Below, piece after piece: positions 6,441 through 11,064 of a stretch of DNA of 11,064 bases. The translations under genes and the position numbers were made by a program. The notes beneath the pieces were generated by a model that was given only the letters and a program-made list of their open reading frames with translations, had not been told where the DNA came from and ran no database searches. Origin of the DNA: a virus; the UHGV virus genome UHGV-1652352; one strand, written 5' to 3'. Within the stretch, counting starts at the first letter, position 1. Each line of letters starts with the position of its first letter.

Positions 6441-6468
6441 AATCTAACCACCGAAATGGTGACGGCAA
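6441..6468 (-). promoter_or_regulatory. candidate promoter for the two-gene cassette
   Basis: In the 148-bp AT-rich gap between cI and the NTase-like gene, minus strand reads TTGCCG (RC 6463..6468), 16 nt, TAGATT (RC 6441..6446), about 40 nt upstream of the ATG. A weak match, by eye only. Confidence 0.25.
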
Positions 6469-6553
6469 GATGTTACATGGGGTTACAATCAGCCAATACA
6501 CCGCATTAAATAATTTTTTCACCAGCTATGCGCCGACCAGAACACCTTGCCCA

Positions 6554-7201
6554 TCACCCAAACGTCTCTTCAGGCCACTGCGCCTTAACTACCTTGCCTA
6601 TGATGCGGCAGCTATGGTCGCAATCCAGGGTTCTATATGCCGGGTTTAAAGGTACCAGGTAACTAACCCCTGCATCCTTCTCATACTTCTTGAACGTTGC
6701 CTCTGAATCACCATTTGCAGAAGCCACGCAGAAATCCCCAGACTCTACCGGCTCAGCCGGATCAACGAGTATCAGCATGCCTTCCGGAAAACTTGGACGA
6801 ACCCCCTGAGGCGCCGTCATTGAATGCCCCTTCACCTCAAGCCAGAAAGCTTTTTCGCTGGCTTTTGTGGTCGTTGGGACCCATGCCTTTGCATCGCTGG
6901 CTGTGTAGCTTCCCACCTCCGAAAATGGCCCGGCCTGCACTGAAGAAAATAACGGGTATTCATATTGGCGAAATACGGCGTCTGAATCCTCGCCAAACAT
7001 TATTTTTGCCGGAGATACGCCGAGTGCCGCCCCAAGAACCAGCGCGTCATCCGCGCTAACCTTTCTTGTTCCTAACTCGTAGTTCCCCAGGCGTGAAGGC
7101 GCAGCCCAGCCGCAAAGCTTGGCCAATTGAGCCTGGCTAAGTCCTTTAGCTTCTCTAAGGGACTTGATCCTTTCCCCGATAATTTCATGCATCGTTTTCA
7201 T
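6554..7201 (-). CDS. cI: CI-type prophage repressor (HTH-XRE + S24 LexA-like peptidase domain)
   Basis: Track ORF 6554..7201. N-terminal HTH ([24 protein letters not shown]), Ala-Gly cleavage site (VQAGPF), Ser-Lys dyad (GHSM ... FKKYEKD). Divergent from cro across an operator region. The start could instead be the ATG at 7192. Confidence 0.9.
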   Translation of the reverse strand: MKTMHEIIGERIKSLREAKGLSQAQLAKLCGWAAPSRLGNYELGTRKVSADDALVLGAALGVSPAKIMFGEDSDAVFRQYEYPLFSSVQAGPFSEVGSYTASDAKAWVPTTTKASEKAFWLEVKGHSMTAPQGVRPSFPEGMLILVDPAEPVESGDFCVASANGDSEATFKKYEKDAGVSYLVPLNPAYRTLDCDHSCRIIGKVVKAQWPEETFG

Positions 7202-7309
7202 CCCTTAAATGTAACACGCAACGTGATTGAACTCTGTACACGAATTGAGGTTGACTGTTAATCACAAATTGTGTGTAATGGGTGTGTGATTAATACTAGG
7301 GAGACCGCA
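7202..7309. promoter_or_regulatory. oR operator region with pR and probable pRM
   Basis: Candidate pR on plus strand: TTGACT (7251..7256), 17 nt, TGTAAT (7274..7279). Operator-like palindromes ACACG-CAA-CGTGA (7214..7226) and TCACA-AAT-TGTGT (7262..7274), plus a TGTGA half-site (7286..7290); same family as oL. pRM not pinned down. Confidence 0.6.
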
Positions 7310-7528
7310 ATGAACAAAATTGCCCAGCAGCGAAAAAAAATCGGAGTTTCGCAAGCTGTACTAGCTTCGGCAATTGGTTGGGGGCAATCCCGCATCGCCA
7401 ACTATGAGCTGAATATCCGTACTCCTGGCCTTAACGATTGCCGAATGATCGTAGAAGGCCTCAGGAAGTTAGGGTGCCAATGTTCTTTGGATGATGTTTT
7501 CCCTCCATCCAGTAACAAAGCCGCCTAA
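7310..7528 (+). CDS. cro: Cro-type repressor (HTH-XRE, 72 aa)
   Basis: ATG 7310 preceded by AGGGAG (6-nt spacer), inside track ORF 7271..7528. HTH (VSQAVLASAIGWGQSRIANYELN) resembles the cI HTH. First gene downstream of pR. Confidence 0.8.
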   Translation: MNKIAQQRKKIGVSQAVLASAIGWGQSRIANYELNIRTPGLNDCRMIVEGLRKLGCQCSLDDVFPPSSNKAA

Positions 7529-7536
7529 GCAGTACC

Positions 7537-7577
7537 CGCTCTTTAACAGTCATGGCCTTTCACCTCTAACCGGGTGA
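7537..7577 (+). promoter_or_regulatory. nutR: nutR-like site (boxA + boxB hairpin)
   Basis: boxA CGCTCTTTAACA (7537..7548), 11-nt spacer, hairpin TCACCT-CTAACC-GGGTGA (7560..7577; one G-U pair). Loop identical to the nutL candidate. Confidence 0.65.
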
Positions 7578-7645
7578 GCAAACATCAGCGGCAAATCCAT
7601 TGGGTGTGCCGCTATAACTCAATATCAATATAGGAAAATTAACAA

Positions 7646-7942
7646 ATGACACAAGCAAGTTACAGCAAGCCAACACAGCGAGAAATTGATCGCGCTGAAA
7701 CTGATTTACTCATCAACCTGTCAACGCTTACCCAGCGCGGTCTGGCAAAGATGATTGGCTGTCATGAATCGAAGATAAGCAGAACGGACTGGAGATTTAT
7801 TGCTTCGGTCTTGTGTGCTTTCGGAATGGCATCAGACATCAGTCCGATTAGCAGGGCTTTTAAGTATGCGCTTGATGAAATCACAAAGAAAAAATCCCCG
7901 GCTGCCACCGAGGATTTTAAGCAAATTGATATGCAATTCTGA
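7646..7942 (+). CDS. cII: CII-like transcriptional activator (98 aa)
   Basis: Track ORF 7646..7942. C-terminus [18 protein letters not shown] parallels lambda CII (KKRPAATERSEQIQMEF); HTH-like block [12 protein letters not shown]. Position after cro and nutR. Confidence 0.85.
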   Translation: MTQASYSKPTQREIDRAETDLLINLSTLTQRGLAKMIGCHESKISRTDWRFIASVLCAFGMASDISPISRAFKYALDEITKKKSPAATEDFKQIDMQF

Positions 7943-7974
7943 GGGAATTACTGGATCAATCCACAGGAGTAATT

Positions 7975-8121
7975 ATGACAAAACAACTCAGTCCTTACCA
8001 GGACAAAATTCACAAACACATACTACGTGATCGCTTCCTGTCCAGCTTCAAGCAGCCTGGTCGATTCCGGTCTGAGTTGGAAAAAGTGAAGCTGATGCAG
8101 AAGGAGAAAGGTCATGAGTAA
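7975..8121 (+). CDS. small hypothetical ORF (48 aa) between cII and O
   Basis: ATG 7975 preceded by AGGAG with a 5-nt spacer. Stop TAA 8119..8121 overlaps the start of O by 8 nt. Product [48 protein letters not shown]. Confidence 0.4.
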   Translation: MTKQLSPYQDKIHKHILRDRFLSSFKQPGRFRSELEKVKLMQKEKGHE

Positions 8122-8974
8122 TATTGCAACCGTAACACATTTAAGGCCTTCACAACGGCCTGTGGAGCGTCGTGTGGCAGAAGTTGAAGATGGTTATACC
8201 CGTCTTGCAAATGCCCTGTATGAAGAGCTTATCGGCGCAGATTTAACGAAAAATCAGAGCAAGGTTGCCCACGCCATATGCCGTAAAACATACGGCTACG
8301 GTAAAAAGATGGATCGCATCTCTGATAGTCAGTTAGCTCAAATTACCAGGCTGCCAAGACAGAAGGTAAACAAGGCCAAGAATGAGCTTATCGCGATGAA
8401 GGTTATCCTTCGCGAAGGCCAGCAAATCGGGCCTAACAAGAACATCGAGGAATGGCAAATCGAAGGGTGTCACTACTCTGGTGATAATGTCACTGCATTG
8501 GTGACAAAAAGTGTCACCAAAACGGTGACAGCGCTGTCACCAAAACAGGGACACACAAAAGAAACTATTACAAAAGAAAAAAGAAATAATAAAAACACTA
8601 TGTCCGAAAGTGTTCGGACGGAGTGTGAAAAATCACCTGACCGTCACGAAGAAACCGACAAGGCATTCGAGGAAATATTCTGGTGTGCAGGCATGCGGAA
8701 AGCCGGGAAGAAAAACGCAGCTTCGGCATTCAGAACACAGTTCAGGGAATGGCGTAAAACTACCAGGGGTACGGCAAGCGAGTTTGCCACGATGCTGGCA
8801 GAAGACATCGCATGCAGGAATGGTAAGCAGTTCGGATTCGACAGGTTGTTACCATCGAGCTACCTGAACGGTCAGCGCTGGAACGACGAGAAGCCAGAAA
8901 CCATTCAACCACAATCCAAACCATCATCCGCAATCACCGTATCGAAAACTGGCTACGTGTTTTTCGACAGGTGA
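8114..8974 (+). CDS. O: replication initiator O-like protein (lambda O N-terminal domain, divergent C-terminal domain)
   Basis: Track ORF 8114..8974, AAGGAG SD. N-terminal blocks [50 protein letters not shown] and PNKNIEEW match my recollection of lambda O. The C-terminal third does not resemble the lambda O P-binding domain. Confidence 0.85.
   Translation: MSNIATVTHLRPSQRPVERRVAEVEDGYTRLANALYEELIGADLTKNQSKVAHAICRKTYGYGKKMDRISDSQLAQITRLPRQKVNKAKNELIAMKVILREGQQIGPNKNIEEWQIEGCHYSGDNVTALVTKSVTKTVTALSPKQGHTKETITKEKRNNKNTMSESVRTECEKSPDRHEETDKAFEEIFWCAGMRKAGKKNAASAFRTQFREWRKTTRGTASEFATMLAEDIACRNGKQFGFDRLLPSSYLNGQRWNDEKPETIQPQSKPSSAITVSKTGYVFFDR
8467..8619. repeat. candidate origin inside O: iterons, AT-rich tract, palindrome
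   Basis: Palindromic iterons GGTGACA-N-TGTCACC at 8500..8518 and 8524..8541, with degenerate copies at 8467..8494. Then an A-rich tract (8553..8600), then 7-bp-arm palindrome GTCCGAA-AGTG-TTCGGAC (8602..8619). Same layout as ori-lambda in the middle of O. Confidence 0.6.
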
Positions 8975-8977
8975 ACC

Positions 8978-9085
8978 ATGAAATCAAAAATCAAATCGCT
9001 ACTGGTCGCTGGTTATAACCACGGCTGGTTAAGTATTTCGTTTGTCGATTTCTGGTTTAAAAATCTCAATCTGAGGGAATCATGA
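8978..9085 (+). CDS. small hypothetical ORF (35 aa), translationally coupled to primase-helicase
   Basis: ATG 8978 with AGGTG 4 nt upstream; stop TGA 9083..9085 overlaps the primase-helicase ATG (ATGA). Product MKSKIKSLLVAGYNHGWLSISFVDFWFKNLNLRES. Confidence 0.3.
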   Translation: MKSKIKSLLVAGYNHGWLSISFVDFWFKNLNLRES

Positions 9086-10962
9086 CGCCAAGTGAACTCA
9101 GTGACCTGCTTTGGGCGCAGGTTGACAGGGTGGCTCCGCACCTGTTGCCAAACGGCAAGAAAGAGGGGCATGAGTGGGTTGCCGGTAACGTCAACGGTGA
9201 CAAGGGAAACAGCCTTAAGGTCAACCTTAGCGGCAAGAAAAAATGGGCTGATTTCGCTGAGGGAGACGGCGGTGACATGCTTGATTTGTGGATGGCATGT
9301 CGTGGAATTAACCTGCATCAGGCTATGCAGGAAGCGAAAGCCTTTCTCGGAATCAAGGATGACGATCACCATTTCGATGCCAAACGTGAGAAGAAATTCT
9401 CCAGACCTGACCGCAAGAAAATCGCCCGCTACGTTACCAGAACAGAATCCCATCTTGAGTACCTGCAATCGCGTGGCATATCGCCAGAAGTCGTAAAGCG
9501 CTACGAGGTTGTCAGCGGCAAGGTGTGGAATGGAGAACGGGAACTGGATGCTCTGGTGATTCCGTACAAACGCGATGGTGAGTTGTTGCAGGTCAAGCGA
9601 ATCAGCACTGAGCGCCCGGACGGGAAGAAAGTCATTATGGCAGAAGGTGATTGCGAACCTTGTCTGTTCGGATGGCAGGCTCTGGACGCTGGCGTGAGGG
9701 CGGTTGTACTTTGCGAAGGCGAAATTGATTGTATGAGCTATGCGCAATATGGCATCTCGGCGTTATCCGTGCCGTTTGGTGGCGGGAAAGGCGCTAAACA
9801 GCAGTGGATTGAGTTTGAGTATCACAACCTCGACAGGTTTGAGGAAATATTCATCTCGATGGACGTTGATGATGTTGGTCGTGAAGCCGCAAGGGAAATC
9901 GCAAGCCGACTCGGTGAACATCGTTGCCGTCTTGTTACTCTGCCGTACAAAGACATCAACGAATGCCTGATGAACGGTGTTACCGAGGATGAAATCTGGC
10001 AGTACATCGGCACGGCATCCTACTTCGATCCTGAAGAACTCTACAGTGCGCGAGAGTTTTACCAGGACACTATCAACGCTTTCTACGGCAAGCAGCAGTA
10101 TCTGTTTAATCCACTGTGGGAATCTCTGGCAGATAAATTCCAGTTCCGTGAGGCAGAGTTGACGCTGGTCAATGGTGTGAACGGTCACGGAAAAACGGAG
10201 GTTGTAGGGCATATGGCACTTGAGGCAATGCGTCAGGGTGTGAAGACGTGCATCGCGTCACTTGAGCTGAAGCCAGGCATTCTCCTTAAGCGACTTACCC
10301 GTCAGGCGACGTGCTGCAAGATGCCGCCAGTGCTGGAAATTGACTCTGCATTTAAATTTTATGACGAAAGACTTTGGGTGTTTGGCCTGACCGGAACGGC
10401 GAAAGCCGACAGGCTGATCGAAATATTCGACTACGCTCGCCGCCGATACGGCATCCAGTTATTCATCATCGACAGCCTGATGAAATGTGGCATAGGCGAC
10501 GATGACTATAACGGGCAGAAGGCGTTTGTTGACTCGATTTGCGATTTCAAAAACAAAACAAACTCCCACGTCATTCTCGTTACTCACTCGCGAAAAGGTG
10601 ACAGCGAAGAAAAACCAACCGGGAAAATGGACGTAAAAGGATCTGGAGCGATAACAGACCTGACAGACAACCTTTTCATCATCTGGCGTAACAAGGCTCG
10701 CGAGAGAGCGTTACAGAGAGTTCAGAGTGGTGAAAAGATGTCAGAGAAGGACGAACAGCTACTGGCATCTCCGGCATCTGTTTTGATGCTTGAAAAGCAA
10801 CGTAACGGCGAAGGTTGGGAAGGTGGTGTCCCGTTGTTCCTTGACGAGCAATCGCACCAGTTCCTGCAACTTGAATCAGGATCGCCTTATAGCTACATCG
10901 CCAATATGCCGAAATCGGAATATGACGAGGCGTGGCGACAGGAAAACGTGACGGAGTATTAA
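9082..10962 (+). CDS. bifunctional DNA primase / replicative helicase (toprim + DnaB/T7-gp4-like helicase, 626 aa)
   Basis: Track ORF 9082..10962. Toprim motifs (VVLCEGEIDCMSY ... ISMDVDDVGREAA). Walker A GVNGHGKT and Walker B LFIIDSLMK in the C-terminal half. Occupies the position of lambda P. Confidence 0.85.
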   Translation: MTPSELSDLLWAQVDRVAPHLLPNGKKEGHEWVAGNVNGDKGNSLKVNLSGKKKWADFAEGDGGDMLDLWMACRGINLHQAMQEAKAFLGIKDDDHHFDAKREKKFSRPDRKKIARYVTRTESHLEYLQSRGISPEVVKRYEVVSGKVWNGERELDALVIPYKRDGELLQVKRISTERPDGKKVIMAEGDCEPCLFGWQALDAGVRAVVLCEGEIDCMSYAQYGISALSVPFGGGKGAKQQWIEFEYHNLDRFEEIFISMDVDDVGREAAREIASRLGEHRCRLVTLPYKDINECLMNGVTEDEIWQYIGTASYFDPEELYSAREFYQDTINAFYGKQQYLFNPLWESLADKFQFREAELTLVNGVNGHGKTEVVGHMALEAMRQGVKTCIASLELKPGILLKRLTRQATCCKMPPVLEIDSAFKFYDERLWVFGLTGTAKADRLIEIFDYARRRYGIQLFIIDSLMKCGIGDDDYNGQKAFVDSICDFKNKTNSHVILVTHSRKGDSEEKPTGKMDVKGSGAITDLTDNLFIIWRNKARERALQRVQSGEKMSEKDEQLLASPASVLMLEKQRNGEGWEGGVPLFLDEQSHQFLQLESGSPYSYIANMPKSEYDEAWRQENVTEY

Positions 10963-10991
10963 ATGACCATCTACATCACTGAGCTTGTAAC

Positions 10992-11023
10992 AGGCCTGCT
11001 GGTAATCGCAGGCCTTTTTATTT
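10992..11023 (+). terminator. tR2-like intrinsic terminator
   Basis: 8-bp stem AGGCCTGC / GCAGGCCT with loop TGGTAATC (10992..11015), then TTTTTATTT (11016..11023). Sits between the replication gene and ninB, as tR2 does in lambda. Confidence 0.65.
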
Positions 11024-11039
11024 GGGGGAGAGGGAAGTC

Positions 11040-11064
11040 ATGAAAAAACTAACCTTTGAAATTC
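11040..11064 (+). CDS. ninB: NinB-like protein, first 8 codons only (runs off the window end)
   Basis: ATG 11040 preceded by GGGAAG; the product begins MKKLTFEI, matching the lambda NinB N-terminus as I recall it. Confidence 0.5.

Noticed and set aside
6697-7059. Plus-strand 120-aa ORF inside cI
   Set aside because: Antisense to a high-confidence cI gene; proline- and arginine-rich low-complexity translation typical of an antisense frame.
8610-8867. Plus-strand 85-aa ORF in an alternative frame of O
   Set aside because: Overlaps the conserved O coding frame with no independent start signal.
9013-9747. Minus-strand 244-aa ORF
   Set aside because: Entirely antisense to the primase-helicase gene, which has clear toprim and Walker motifs; low-complexity product.
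10963-11043. 26-aa hydrophobic ORF right after the primase-helicase stop
   Set aside because: It coincides with the tR2-like terminator hairpin and has no SD; its hydrophobicity comes from the GC-rich stem.
1-11064. CRISPR arrays, tRNA or rRNA genes, IS elements, integrase or att sites
   Set aside because: I found no regularly spaced direct repeats, no tRNA-like cloverleaf candidates, and no transposase- or integrase-like ORFs. The window appears to be internal to the prophage.

Overview
This window reads as the early-control core of a lambdoid enterobacterial prophage, with a two-gene AT-rich cassette in the rexAB-equivalent slot as the main candidate for an undescribed system. Leftward (minus strand) from the immunity region: candidate pL/oL, nutL, an N-like antiterminator, small early genes, a cIII-like peptide, a Rad52/Erf-like annealing protein, SSB, an Ea22-like protein and an ASCH-domain protein. 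The immunity region holds cI (HTH + S24 peptidase) divergent from cro, with operator palindromes of the form TCACA-N3-TGTGA. Rightward (plus strand): nutR, cII, an O-like initiator with an internal iteron/AT-rich origin, a toprim primase fused to a DnaB/gp4-like helicase in place of lambda P, a tR2-like terminator and the start of ninB. Between cI and pL lies the cassette: a 159-aa protein with a minimal nucleotidyltransferase signature, start/stop-overlapped with a 310-aa protein of no recognisable family, followed by an intrinsic terminator. All calls come from reading the sequence and the ORF track; no database search or computation was run, so family names are recollection-based.
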